Assembly (NCBI GenBank): GCA_965203515.1
Contig: OZ241907.1
Span: 2,816,001 to 2,880,000, forward strand
Length of the DNA: 64,000 bases
Source of the DNA: Spirochaetia bacterium
GTDB lineage: Bacteria > Spirochaetota > Spirochaetia > SZUA-6 > Bin103
Direction of reading: 5' to 3'
Shown here: positions 1 through 9,829 of the stretch, one piece after another
Numbering within the stretch: position 1 is the first letter of the stretch
Layout of the letters: every line of letters starts with the position of its first letter
The notes under the pieces: generated by a model
Told to the model about the DNA's origin: nothing
Databases searched by the model: none
The model's input: the letters and a program-made list of their open reading frames with translations, nothing else
Position numbers and translations under genes: made by a program

Positions 1-63
1 GGCGTGCGCGGCGGCGGTGACGTGGGTTGCCGCCGGCCGGTCGCCGTACGGATATTCCGGTGC

Positions 64-1023
64 ATGGTCCTGATCGAAGCGGCCGGACTGGTGAAGCGGT
101 ACGGCGAGGTCACCGCGCTGGACGGCCTCGACCTGGAGGTGGCAAAGGGCAGCGTCCTGGGCCTGCTCGGCCCGAACGGGGCGGGCAAGACGACCGCGGT
201 GTCGATCCTGGCCACGCTGGTCGAGCCGGACGCCGGCACCGCGCGGGTTGCCGGGGCGGACGTGGTGGCCCAGCCGCGCGAGGTGCGCCGGCGGATCGGG
301 CTGTCCGGACAGTTCGCCGCGGTCGACGAACACCTGACCGGGTACGAGAACCTGGAGATGATCGGCCGGCTCTATCACCTGGGCCGGCGCCGGTCCCGCG
401 CACGGGCCAACGAGCTGCTGGAGATGTTCGATCTGACCGACGCCGGCGGGCGTCCGGCAAAGACCTACTCCGGCGGGATGCGCCGCCGGCTCGATCTGGC
501 CGGGGCCCTGGTGGCGGAGCCGCCGGCGTTGTTCCTGGACGAACCGACCACCGGTCTGGACCCGCACAGCCGCCGCCAGTTGTGGGAGGTGATCCGCCGG
601 ATGGTCGGCAGCGGCACCACCGTGCTGCTCACCACGCAGTACCTCGAGGAGGCGGACCAGCTCGCCGACCGCATCCTGGTGATCGATCACGGCAAGGCGA
701 TCGCCGAGGGTACCGCCGACGAGTTGAAGAGCCTGGTGGGCGCCGAGCGGATCGAGGTGACCGTGGCGTCCGCCCAGGCGTTGGCGAAGTCGCAGGAGAC
801 GCTGGCGCGCTTCGCGGTGGGGGAGCAGCAGGTCGATGAACGCCTGCGCACGGTGGTCACGCCGATCGCCGGTGGCGCGCCCGTGCTGATGCGGGCGCTG
901 CAGACGCTGCACGAGGCGCAGGTCGAGGTGCGCGACATAGGGTTGCGGCGGCCCACGCTGGACGACGTGTTCCTGACGCTGACCGGGCACGCCGCCGAGC
1001 AGGAAGTCGAGGAGGAAGCGTGA
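64..1023 (+). CDS. ABC transporter ATP-binding protein, DrrA-like (ABC-2 exporter)
   Basis: Walker A GPNGAGKT, signature YSGGMRRR, Walker B LFLDEPT, C-terminal RPTLDDVFL; start moved to ATG 64. Confidence 0.9.
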   Translation: MVLIEAAGLVKRYGEVTALDGLDLEVAKGSVLGLLGPNGAGKTTAVSILATLVEPDAGTARVAGADVVAQPREVRRRIGLSGQFAAVDEHLTGYENLEMIGRLYHLGRRRSRARANELLEMFDLTDAGGRPAKTYSGGMRRRLDLAGALVAEPPALFLDEPTTGLDPHSRRQLWEVIRRMVGSGTTVLLTTQYLEEADQLADRILVIDHGKAIAEGTADELKSLVGAERIEVTVASAQALAKSQETLARFAVGEQQVDERLRTVVTPIAGGAPVLMRALQTLHEAQVEVRDIGLRRPTLDDVFLTLTGHAAEQEVEEEA

Positions 1024-1826
1024 ACGGACTGGTACGGATGATCGCCGACGCCTCGGTGGTGGCCAAGCGCAACGTGATCAAGATCAAGCGGGTGCCCGAA
1101 GTACTGGTGTTCGTGCTGCTCTCGCCGATCATGTTCGTGCTGCTGTTCGCATTCGTGTTCGGCGGCTCGATCGACATTCCCGGCGGCTCCTACCGGGAGT
1201 TCCTGATCGCCGGCATCTTTGCCCAGACCGTCGTGTTCGGGGCGCTGTTTACCGGCGCCGGGCTGGCCGATGACATTCAGAAGGGGATCATCAACCGCTT
1301 CCGCGCGCTGCCGATGTCGCGCAGCGCGCTCCTGATCGGGCGCACGGTGAGCGACGTGGTGTACAACGCGCTGTCGCTGCTGATCATGTCGCTCACCGGC
1401 CTGATAGTCGGCTGGGGAATCAACAGCAGCGTACTGGAAGGCGCGGCCGGGTTCGGGTTGCTGCTGCTGTTCGCCTACGCCTTTTCGTGGGTCATGGCGT
1501 GGATCGGCCTGCTGGTGCCGAGCGTCGAGGTGCTCAACAACGCCTCGTTCCTGGTGACGATGCCGCTCACCTTCGTGGCCAACACCTTCGTGCCGGCGGA
1601 GAATCTGCCGCCGGTGCTGCGCGAGTTCGCGCTGTGGAACCCGGTCTCCGCCGTCGCCCAGGCGACGCGGGAACTGTTCGGCAACATTCCCCCCGACACC
1701 CCCGTGCCGGAGGCGTGGTCGCTGCAGAATCCGGTGCTCTACACGATGATCTGGATCGTGGGCATCATCGCCGTGTTCGCTCCGCTTGCCGTGCACCGCT
1801 ACCGGCGATCGGGCCGCCGCTCCTGA
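1020..1826 (+). CDS. ABC-2 type transporter permease, DrrB-like
   Basis: About six hydrophobic segments, RFRALPMSR and WNPVS motifs; 4-nt overlap with the ATPase gene. Confidence 0.88.
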   Translation: MNGLVRMIADASVVAKRNVIKIKRVPEVLVFVLLSPIMFVLLFAFVFGGSIDIPGGSYREFLIAGIFAQTVVFGALFTGAGLADDIQKGIINRFRALPMSRSALLIGRTVSDVVYNALSLLIMSLTGLIVGWGINSSVLEGAAGFGLLLLFAYAFSWVMAWIGLLVPSVEVLNNASFLVTMPLTFVANTFVPAENLPPVLREFALWNPVSAVAQATRELFGNIPPDTPVPEAWSLQNPVLYTMIWIVGIIAVFAPLAVHRYRRSGRRS

Positions 1827-1850
1827 CCGGCTCCGCCGGCTCCGAACGGA

Positions 1851-2849
1851 TCAACTCTCGTAGAGCCAGCACGCGACGGCGTGATCGGGCCCGATCCGGG
1901 AGTAGCCGGGATGCGTGGCGCATCGGTCATGCGCGTGCGGGCAGCGCGGCGCGAACGGGCATCCGTCGATGGTGACGGTCGGATCTGGCACCGAACCGGT
2001 GATGACCTCCAGTTTCTCCTTCGGCGCCGACGCCATGGCCGGGATCGACCGGAACAGCGCCTGGGTATAGGGATGGGACGGACGCTCGAAGAGATCGACG
2101 GCCGGCGCCCGCTCCACGATCCGGCCCAGGTACATCACCAGCACCGTATCCGCCATCTTGGCGATGATGCCCAGATCGTGCGTGATGAAGAGGATCGACA
2201 TGTGGTATTCGTGCTGCAGCTCTTTCAGGAGGTCGAGTATCTGCGCTTCGATCGTCACGTCGAGCGCCGTGGTCGGTTCGTCCGCATTGAGCAGCTTGGG
2301 CCGACACGACAGCGCCATGGCGATCATCGCCCGCTGTCGCATGCCTCCGCTCAACTGATGCGGGTACTCGTTCACGCGCTGCTCCGGGTCCGGCATCCCG
2401 ACGCTGCGGAGCATGCGCACGGCATGCTCCTTCGCGTCCTGCCGGTTCAAGCCGACGTGCAGCCGCACGCTCTCCATGATCTGTGAGCCGATCGAATAGA
2501 TGGGGCTCAGCGTCCGCATCGGCTCCTGAAATACCATCGCGATCTCCGCGCCCCGAATCTCGCGGATCTTCTTCCCCTTCGCCGACAGCGCGGCGATGTC
2601 GACGGTTTCGTGCTCCCGGTGCAGCAGTATCGAGCCCCCTTCGATGCGTCCCGGAGGGCTCGGCACCAGGCGCAGGATGGAGAGGGCCGTCACGCTCTTG
2701 CCGCAGCCGCTCTCGCCGACCATGCCGACGATCCGCCGCTTCGCCAGGTCGAAGCTCACGCCGTCCACGGCGCGGACTACGCCGTCGTCGGTGTGGAAGC
2801 TGGTCCGCAGATCGCGGACTTCGAGCAGCAGGTCGGCGTCGGTCTTCAT
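1851..2849 (-). CDS. Oligopeptide/dipeptide ABC transporter ATP-binding subunit (OppD/DppD-like)
   Basis: GESGCGKS, LSGGMRQR, DEPTTALD, HPYT and C-terminal CPFAPRC...C...VACW; likely start MKTDAD. Confidence 0.9.
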   Translation of the reverse strand: MKTDADLLLEVRDLRTSFHTDDGVVRAVDGVSFDLAKRRIVGMVGESGCGKSVTALSILRLVPSPPGRIEGGSILLHREHETVDIAALSAKGKKIREIRGAEIAMVFQEPMRTLSPIYSIGSQIMESVRLHVGLNRQDAKEHAVRMLRSVGMPDPEQRVNEYPHQLSGGMRQRAMIAMALSCRPKLLNADEPTTALDVTIEAQILDLLKELQHEYHMSILFITHDLGIIAKMADTVLVMYLGRIVERAPAVDLFERPSHPYTQALFRSIPAMASAPKEKLEVITGSVPDPTVTIDGCPFAPRCPHAHDRCATHPGYSRIGPDHAVACWLYES

Positions 2850-3019
2850 CGCGCCGACCGTGCGTGCCGCCCTGGTCGATGTCAAGGTCGGCGCTTTGAT
2901 GATCCGGCCGATTCGGGCCATGGTTGGCCGTGTGGCGCCGTGTCAGGCAGCCCGTGCGGGGCGGCGTCGACGGCGCTCTCTCGAAAAGGGTTGCGCCGGT
3001 AGCGCCGAGGGAGGAGCCG

Positions 3020-4630
3020 ATGGCATTCGAGAAGGTGTTGGCGGGCGGCTCGGTGATCGACGGCACCGGCGCCAAGGCGTACCGGGCGGACGTGGCGATC
3101 GCGGCCGGGCGCATCGCCGCGGTCGGCGATCTGGCCGCTGCCGATCGTGCCGAGACGATCGACGCCTCCGGCCGGGTGGTGTGCCCCGGCTTCATCGACG
3201 TGCACGCCCACTCCGACGTCTCCCTGTTCGACGATCCGGGCGGCGAGTGCAAGGCGTACCAGGGCGTCACCACGGAGGTGGTCGGCAACTGCGGTTCGTC
3301 GGCGTTTCCGGCGGGATTGCTGAGCCCGGCGGAGCTGCAGGCGGTCGCCCCGGTGCACGTCATCGACGGTTCCGGCGTGCGGTATGCGTGGAGCGACTTC
3401 GACGGCTGGGCGACCGCGCTCGAACGCCGCGGCATCAGCCTGAACGTGGTGGGTCAGATCGGCCACGGCACCCTCCGCCAGGCGGCCAAGGCCACGCGGA
3501 ATCGGCCGGCGAACGACGAGGAGCTGGCGGTCATGAAGCGCCTGGTGGCCGAGGCGGTGGAGCAGGGCGCGGTCGCGCTCACCACCGCGCTCACCGGCCC
3601 GCCCGCCATGGCCGCGCCGGCCGGCGAGATCGCGGCGCTGGCCGCTGAAGCGCGGCGATTCCCCGGCGCCTTCTACGCCACGCATGCGCGGCTCCACAAC
3701 GGCAATCACTTCAACGCCGTGGACGAGGCGATCGAGATCGGCGAGCTGACCGGCATCGCGGTGCAGTACTCCCACATCGCGCTGATCGATACCCGGCACC
3801 ACGGCGAAGGGGGCGAGATGGTGCGGCGCATGGAAGCGGCGCGGGAGCGCGGCGTGGACGTGCGCTACGACGTCTACCCCTACACCGCCGGGGCCTGCGG
3901 GATCACGGGCGTGCTGCCGCTCTGGGCGCAGGAGGACGGACCGGCGGCGGTCCGGCGCCGGCTGGAGGACCCGGAGACCTGCGCCCGGATGGCGGCGGAG
4001 GTCGCGCGCGGATTCTGGGGAGGCGTGCCGCTGCCCTGGGACAAGTACGTGATCACCAAGGCCAACAAGGAGTCGATGCGCTGGATGGTGGGCAAGGCGT
4101 GGACGGAGATCGCCGCCCGGCGCGGCGAGTCGCCGGTGGAGGCGATCCTGTCGGCGGCGCGCGAGGACTGCTGGCTGGAAGGCGTGATGCACGTCCGTTC
4201 GGAGGACGACGTGCGCTACTTCGTCGGACACCCGCTGGCGATGATCGGCTCCGACGGCACCGCGGTATCGCCCGACGGTCCGTGGGGAGCCACGTCGCCG
4301 CATCCCCGTTTCTACGGCTGCTACCCGCGCGTGCTCGGCCGGTACGTGCGCGAGTACGGGGTGCTCGCGCTGGAGGATGCGGTCCACAAGATGACCGGCG
4401 CGGTGGCGGACCGGCTGCGAATGGCAAGCCGCGGGCGGATCGCCGCAGGCAAGGCGGCCGACCTGGTCGTGTTCGACCCGGACGCCGTCATAGACAACGC
4501 GACCTGGGAGGACCCGCACCGGTACCCGGACGGGATCGGCCACGTACTGGTGAACGGCGAGTCGGTGATCCGTGACGGCGCCCACACGCAGGCGCGCGCG
4601 GGCCGAGTGCTCCGCAGAGGAGCCGAGTAA
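3020..4630 (+). CDS. N-acyl-D-amino acid deacylase (amidohydrolase family)
   Basis: PGFIDVHAHSD, GVTTEVVGNCG, IGSDG, HPRFYG motifs; GGAGG RBS before ATG 3020. Confidence 0.88.
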   Translation: MAFEKVLAGGSVIDGTGAKAYRADVAIAAGRIAAVGDLAAADRAETIDASGRVVCPGFIDVHAHSDVSLFDDPGGECKAYQGVTTEVVGNCGSSAFPAGLLSPAELQAVAPVHVIDGSGVRYAWSDFDGWATALERRGISLNVVGQIGHGTLRQAAKATRNRPANDEELAVMKRLVAEAVEQGAVALTTALTGPPAMAAPAGEIAALAAEARRFPGAFYATHARLHNGNHFNAVDEAIEIGELTGIAVQYSHIALIDTRHHGEGGEMVRRMEAARERGVDVRYDVYPYTAGACGITGVLPLWAQEDGPAAVRRRLEDPETCARMAAEVARGFWGGVPLPWDKYVITKANKESMRWMVGKAWTEIAARRGESPVEAILSAAREDCWLEGVMHVRSEDDVRYFVGHPLAMIGSDGTAVSPDGPWGATSPHPRFYGCYPRVLGRYVREYGVLALEDAVHKMTGAVADRLRMASRGRIAAGKAADLVVFDPDAVIDNATWEDPHRYPDGIGHVLVNGESVIRDGAHTQARAGRVLRRGAE

Positions 4631-4669
4631 GCCGGACCGATCCGAACGATTCACGCACGTACACACTTG

Positions 4670-4697
4670 TTGACGTTATTGGATACTATGCTATAGT
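4670..4697 (+). promoter_or_regulatory. Sigma70-like promoter of the RloA/RloB-like pair
   Basis: TTGACG (4670-4675), 16 bp, TATAGT (4692-4697) preceded by TG (extended -10). Confidence 0.6.
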
Positions 4698-4718
4698 CCG
4701 TCGTGACCGGGAACTTGC

Positions 4719-5966
4719 GTGTTATTGCGTTTCAGCGTCTCGAATCATCTGTCACTCCGAGATTCGCAGGAACTGCTGCTCACGACGTCATCGCTGCAGG
4801 ACAAGACCGAGGGCTTGATCGACTGCGCAGTCGCGCCGCGCGGATCGATCTTGCCCGCCGTGGTAGTCTTCGGCGCCAACGCGTCGGGCAAGAGCAACCT
4901 CGTCCATGCGCTCGGGGCCATGCGGCAAATGGTCCTGTTCTCTCACACTCGCGGAGATGCGAGTGGCGGGGTGCCGCGCCATGCCTTCAGACTGGACGCC
5001 TCCTGCCCCGACAGGCCAAGTCGCTTCGAGATCGATTTCGTCCACGAAGACGTGCGCTATCACTATGGGTTCGAAGCGGACGATAACGCATTCCTGTCGG
5101 AGTGGCTATACGCCATTCCCAAGTCGCACCGCCGCCTCATGTTCGAACGTGAAGGCAACGGTTTTCGCTTCGGGCGCGAGCTGAAGGGGCAAAACAATAC
5201 CATCGCAGGATTGACCAGATCGAACAGCTTGTATCTATCGGCCGCCGCGCAAAACAGCCACGAACGACTCTCAAGTCTATACGAGTACCTCAGAGCCATG
5301 GACTGTTACATGCGCATCGGCGCAGGTAGTGAGTATTGGATGAGACACGAAGCAATAGATACCCGAGTGATCGAATTTCTTGAGGGAATTGACACTGGGA
5401 TATGTGACTACCGACGTCGGGAGACCGATCTTCCCGATGAATCAAGAGCCACGCTTGGAGAAGCGATGGAGAGACTGACAAATGCTGCGGTAGACTTGAA
5501 TGAAGGCAAGCAGGTCACTATCGAACTTGCTCACCAAAGCAGAGACGGAGCCCCCGTCTACCTCGATCTTGGTCTGGAGAGCGCGGGCACACAGCGACTG
5601 CTGGTGATGCTGAGTCTCGCATACCGCGCGCTCGACGCAGGAACGCCTCTGGTGATCGACGAACTCGACATGAGTCTGCACACTCTGGCCGGCGCTGCTG
5701 TCCTGCAGTTGTTCTGCTCGCCGAAGACGAATCCCAACGGTGCGCAGCTCATTGCGACGGCCCACGACACCAACCTGATGGGGTGGGCCGGACTGCGCCG
5801 CGATCAGATCTGGTTTACCGAAAAGGACGAGGATGGGGCGACGCTGCTCTATCCGCTGACCGATATTCGGACGAGCCGGAGCGATAACCTGGAGCAAGGA
5901 TACCTGCAGGGCCGCTACGGAGCGGTACCCTTCGACGACCCGATTTCCGCACTTGGCTCGAACTAG
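4719..5966 (+). CDS. AAA_21 family ATPase (RloA/AbiEii-like)
   Basis: GANASGKSN, ESAGTQ, IDELD..LH, QLIATAHD, RRDQIWFTEKD, YLQGRYGA; lower GC than flanks. Confidence 0.88.
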   Translation: MLLRFSVSNHLSLRDSQELLLTTSSLQDKTEGLIDCAVAPRGSILPAVVVFGANASGKSNLVHALGAMRQMVLFSHTRGDASGGVPRHAFRLDASCPDRPSRFEIDFVHEDVRYHYGFEADDNAFLSEWLYAIPKSHRRLMFEREGNGFRFGRELKGQNNTIAGLTRSNSLYLSAAAQNSHERLSSLYEYLRAMDCYMRIGAGSEYWMRHEAIDTRVIEFLEGIDTGICDYRRRETDLPDESRATLGEAMERLTNAAVDLNEGKQVTIELAHQSRDGAPVYLDLGLESAGTQRLLVMLSLAYRALDAGTPLVIDELDMSLHTLAGAAVLQLFCSPKTNPNGAQLIATAHDTNLMGWAGLRRDQIWFTEKDEDGATLLYPLTDIRTSRSDNLEQGYLQGRYGAVPFDDPISALGSN

Positions 5967-6621
5967 AAGCAGAGGGGACGTCCCTCCCAACCTGCGGCGG
6001 CGCGGAGCTCAGCGGGGGCCGAGATGGCGATTCGTGTTGTACTGCGAAGGCAGTAATACGGAACCAGCCTATTTCAACGCGCTCAAGCGTACCTGTTCGA
6101 ACGCGCTGATCGGAGTGGAGGTCGTTCCCGGAGTTGGTGTTCCCTACACGATTGCGGAGAAGGCTGCGGAACGAGTCCGATCTCAGCGGGGCGGTAGCCG
6201 CAGAAACTCATATGAAGAATCCGACCAGGTGTGGGCGGTATTCGACCGTGATGATCACCCTCGATTCGACGATGCCATCACGCTGTGCGAAAGTAACCAT
6301 GTCCGTGTCGGTCGTTCCAATCCATGTTTCGAGCTGTGGCTCATCCTTCATGAACAGGATTACAATCGGCCTGAGCGACGTGACCGAATGCAGTCGATAC
6401 TCGGTGATCTACGACCCGAGTATGACAGGAAACGGGGGAAGACTCCTGATTGCGATGAACTGATCAGCCGAGTCGAGGATGCCGAACAACGCGCCGAGGC
6501 TCTATTGCGGCGGCGGGCGGAGGAGGGCAGTCCATACGGTAATCCCTCCACTACGGTCGGCCGGCTCACCCGTGAGATTCGGACGGCTGACAGCCGCGCG
6601 CGGGCAAGGATCTGGTGCTAG
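5953..6621 (+). CDS. RloB-like protein
   Basis: CEG..TE..YF, VFDRD, SNPCFELWLILH, NPST motifs; overlaps the ATPase end. Confidence 0.85.
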   Translation: MARTRSRGDVPPNLRRRGAQRGPRWRFVLYCEGSNTEPAYFNALKRTCSNALIGVEVVPGVGVPYTIAEKAAERVRSQRGGSRRNSYEESDQVWAVFDRDDHPRFDDAITLCESNHVRVGRSNPCFELWLILHEQDYNRPERRDRMQSILGDLRPEYDRKRGKTPDCDELISRVEDAEQRAEALLRRRAEEGSPYGNPSTTVGRLTREIRTADSRARARIWC

Positions 6622-6734
6622 CGTGCACCGCACGAACGCCCGCCGGAGACGCTACGAAGAAGGCGCGCGGAGCTCGCGCTGATCGGTCAGGAGGCCGGAG
6701 TTCCGCCGGCCAGCCTGGGCGACCGAAGTGGCGT

Positions 6735-6818
6735 TGCCCGGAAGAGGACTCGAACCTCCACAGCCTTGCGGCCACTAGACCCTGAACCTAGCGTGTCTAC
6801 CAATTTCACCATCCGGGC
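6735..6818 (-). tRNA. tRNA-Leu (anticodon CAG), long variable arm, CCA not encoded
   Basis: Reverse complement GCCCGGATGGTGAAATTGGTAGACACGCTAGGTTCAGGGTCTAGTGGCCGCAAGGCTGTGGAGGTTCGAGTCCTCTTCCGGGCA folds as a cloverleaf. Confidence 0.96.
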
Positions 6819-6827
6819 TGGAACCAC

Positions 6828-6856
6828 AGGATACGGGAGCGCGCAAGCCGTGTCAA
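6828..6856 (-). promoter_or_regulatory. Sigma70-like promoter of tRNA-Leu
   Basis: On the minus strand TTGACA, 17 bp, TATCCT just upstream of the tRNA. Confidence 0.7.
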
Positions 6857-7018
6857 ATCGCCCGGTCGGGCGCACCGGCCGCGGCCGGCCGCTCGACGCC
6901 GCGCGGCGGCATGCGGTAGCCTCCGTGGTCCGATGACGCGGAGCCCGGGTCCGGCGGACCACTCGTCAGGGCGATCCCGGTCAGACCACCGCAGGGGAGA
7001 CCCTGGCAAGGGAGCAGC

Positions 7019-8422
7019 ATGATCGGGATCGGACTCGATTTTGGCACCACCAACAGCACGCTCGCCGTCTGGGAGGCGGATCGCATCACCTACATCGACC
7101 TCGACCCGGCGGCGGTCAACCCCAAGATCATGCCCTCGGCGCTCTACCTGGACCGCGCCATGGGGCGTTCGGTCGGCACGGCGGCGATCGAGCGCTACCT
7201 CGGCGACAACCGCGGCCGGACCGTCCGGCTGCAGCGGGTCAACGTGGGGCAGATCGCCATGACCTTCAGCACCACCGACACGCAGCGCGCCGGCCGCGGG
7301 CGCGGCGACACCACCCGCGTCCATCAGGTTTCGGGGTATGACGACACCGAGCTGCCCGGACGCCTCTTCCGGGGGCTCAAGAGCTTCCTGGGGGTCGCCG
7401 AGCAGAGCCGCTTCAAGGTGTTTCACCGCAGCTTTCACATCGTCGCGCTGATCACGCTGATCCTGGCCGAGATCCGCTCCGTCCTGGAGCAGGCCGGCTA
7501 CGACGTGGGGCGCGGAATCCACATCGGCCGGCCGGTCCGCTACGTGGGAGGCAACGGCGCCAACGAGGTCGCCGTGCGCCGGATGGCCACCGCCTGCCGC
7601 AACGCCGGCTTCGAGGACGTGGTGTTCTACCCCGAGCCGGTCGCTGCCGGGCTGAGCTACCTGCGGGCATCCTCGGCGCAGCCCGATCACCTGCTCACCT
7701 TCGACTTCGGCGGCGGCACGCTCGACCTGTGCCTGCTGTCGACGCGCAACGGCGGCTTCGAGGTGGTGGCGACGCGCGGGCTGCCGATCGGCGGCAACCA
7801 CGTCGACCAGCAGATCATGCGCGACGTGATCTTCCCCGAGCTGGGCGAGGGGTGCGCGGTGAAGAGCTCGCTGTCCCGCCCGGAGCCCGACGCGGTGTTC
7901 CCGTTCTACCGGTACCAGGACTATCTGCTCAACTGGCAGACCTCCTACATGTCGAACCGCCCGGAGCTGATGGAGAGTATCTTTGCCGGCATCCAGTCCG
8001 GTCCCGACGCGCGCCGCAAGCTGACCCGACTCTGGAAGCTGATCCGCGGCAACGCGGTGTACGCTCTGCTGAGCGCGACGGAGGCGGCCAAGACCGAGCT
8101 TGCGGAGCGGCAGACGACCGAGATCGGCCTGGATGAGATCGATCTCCACTTGCCGTTCGACCGCGCCCGGCTGGAGCGGGTGCTGGAGCCGATCATGGAA
8201 CGGGTCGACGCGACCGCTCGGGCGCTGCTCGACGACGCCGGCCTCGACGCCGGCGACGTCGAGCGGGTGGTCTGCACCGGCGGCTCCTCGCAGCTCGTGC
8301 CGGTGCAGCGCTGGTTGGCCCGGACGTTTCCGGGCCGCGTGGAGGACTTCGACTATTACCGGAGCATCGCCGGCGGCTTGGCGATCGCCAACGCCGGCGA
8401 GCGGGAGCTCGCGGCCGTCTGA
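7019..8422 (+). CDS. Hsp70-family protein (YegD-like, no substrate-binding domain)
   Basis: GLDFGTTNS, IGRPV, EPVAA, DFGGGTLD, TGGSS; 467 aa. Confidence 0.85.
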   Translation: MIGIGLDFGTTNSTLAVWEADRITYIDLDPAAVNPKIMPSALYLDRAMGRSVGTAAIERYLGDNRGRTVRLQRVNVGQIAMTFSTTDTQRAGRGRGDTTRVHQVSGYDDTELPGRLFRGLKSFLGVAEQSRFKVFHRSFHIVALITLILAEIRSVLEQAGYDVGRGIHIGRPVRYVGGNGANEVAVRRMATACRNAGFEDVVFYPEPVAAGLSYLRASSAQPDHLLTFDFGGGTLDLCLLSTRNGGFEVVATRGLPIGGNHVDQQIMRDVIFPELGEGCAVKSSLSRPEPDAVFPFYRYQDYLLNWQTSYMSNRPELMESIFAGIQSGPDARRKLTRLWKLIRGNAVYALLSATEAAKTELAERQTTEIGLDEIDLHLPFDRARLERVLEPIMERVDATARALLDDAGLDAGDVERVVCTGGSSQLVPVQRWLARTFPGRVEDFDYYRSIAGGLAIANAGERELAAV

Positions 8423-8474
8423 CCTTCCGCCCGACCGCCGGGCCGGTCGGGCGCCGCGTGGTATCCTGTACGGC

Positions 8475-9812
8475 GTGGCAGAGTTACGCATGCTCGTCTA
8501 CGCCGACCCTGGCGATCGGCGTGAGTTGGAGGCGCTGCTCGAGCGGCTCGCGGCGGCGGTCGGCGGCGACCGGTCGCTGAGCGCGGCGGTCGCGGGATTC
8601 ATCGCCGACGTGCGCCGCGACGGGGATGCGGCGCTGGTCGCGCACATGCGCGCGTTCAGCGATCCCGCCTTCGACGCGTCGATGCTGCGCGTGCCGCCGC
8701 AGGTGGTGCGCGCCGCGGTCGATCGGGTGGCTCCGGAGTTGCGCGCCGCCATGCAGCGCGCCATCGACCACGTGCGGCGCTATCAGGAGCACGTCGCGCC
8801 GGCCACGCCGCCGGCGACCGAGATCGACGGGGCGCGCCTGGGGCTGCGCGTCGAACCGGTCGGCTCGGTGGGGCTGCTGGTTCCCGGCGGCCGTGCCGCC
8901 TACCCGTCGACGCTGATCATGCTGGCGGTGCCGGCGCAGGTGGCGGGAGTCGAGCGCATCTGCCTGGCCACGCCGCCCCCGGATGTCGATCGCGATGCCG
9001 ACGCCGGTCGCTGCGCCGGCCCGCGCGGCATCGACGACAGCGTCCTGGCCGCCGCCGGCCTGCTCGGCATCGACGAGGTGTACTGCATCGGCGGCAGCCA
9101 CGCGGTGGCGGCGCTCGCCCACGGGACGCGGACCGTGGCGGCGGTCGACTTCATAGCCGGGCCCGGCAGCGTCTATGTACAGGAAGCGAAGCGGCAGCTC
9201 TTCGGCGCCGTGGGCGTCGACGGCCTCTACGGACCGAGCGAAATCGCGGTCCTGGCCGATCGGTCGGCCGACCCGGCCTGGATCGCCGCCGACGTCCTGG
9301 CGCAACTGGAGCACGATCCCGGTGCGGCGTTCGTGGTCTCGGCCCACCCCGAGGTCCTGAACCGCGTCCTCGCCGCGTTGGAGCGCCAGCTTCACGAACG
9401 GGGCCGGCAGGCGGCGATCGAGCGCGGCCTGCGCGAGTCGACCGCCTTCGTGCTGGCCTCCGGCGGCGATGAGGCGTGCGCGATCATGAACCGCATCGCC
9501 CCGGAGCACGCCGTGCTGGCGGTCGCCGATCCGCACGCCATGCTCGACCGCGTGCGCAACGCCGGCGCCTACTTTCTGGGCGGCGCGCCGGTGGCGAGCG
9601 GCGACTATTACGCGGGGCCGAGCCACTGCCTGCCGACCGGTTCCACCGCACGGTTCTCGTCCGGCTGCAGCGTCTCTACGTTCCTGCGCCGCGCCAGCGT
9701 CGAGGAGTATCCGCGCGGTATGGCGAGGCAGGCGATCGACGACATTGCGGTGCTGGCCGAGGCGGAGGGGCTCGACGGGCACGCCGCCAGCGTGCGCGTC
9801 CGCGGCGACTGA
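8475..9812 (+). CDS. hisD: Histidinol dehydrogenase
   Basis: VPGGRAAYPST, GPGSVYV, GPSEI, AQLEHD, APEH, GDYYAGPSHCLPT, EGLDGHA; start GTG 8475 or ATG 8490. Confidence 0.92.
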   Translation: MAELRMLVYADPGDRRELEALLERLAAAVGGDRSLSAAVAGFIADVRRDGDAALVAHMRAFSDPAFDASMLRVPPQVVRAAVDRVAPELRAAMQRAIDHVRRYQEHVAPATPPATEIDGARLGLRVEPVGSVGLLVPGGRAAYPSTLIMLAVPAQVAGVERICLATPPPDVDRDADAGRCAGPRGIDDSVLAAAGLLGIDEVYCIGGSHAVAALAHGTRTVAAVDFIAGPGSVYVQEAKRQLFGAVGVDGLYGPSEIAVLADRSADPAWIAADVLAQLEHDPGAAFVVSAHPEVLNRVLAALERQLHERGRQAAIERGLRESTAFVLASGGDEACAIMNRIAPEHAVLAVADPHAMLDRVRNAGAYFLGGAPVASGDYYAGPSHCLPTGSTARFSSGCSVSTFLRRASVEEYPRGMARQAIDDIAVLAEAEGLDGHAASVRVRGD

Positions 9813-9829
9813 GCCGTCCCGGCCGGCGG

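Noticed and set aside
4630..4700. attachment-site duplicate of the tRNA-Leu 3' end
   Set aside because: No matching sequence found by eye and no integrase present
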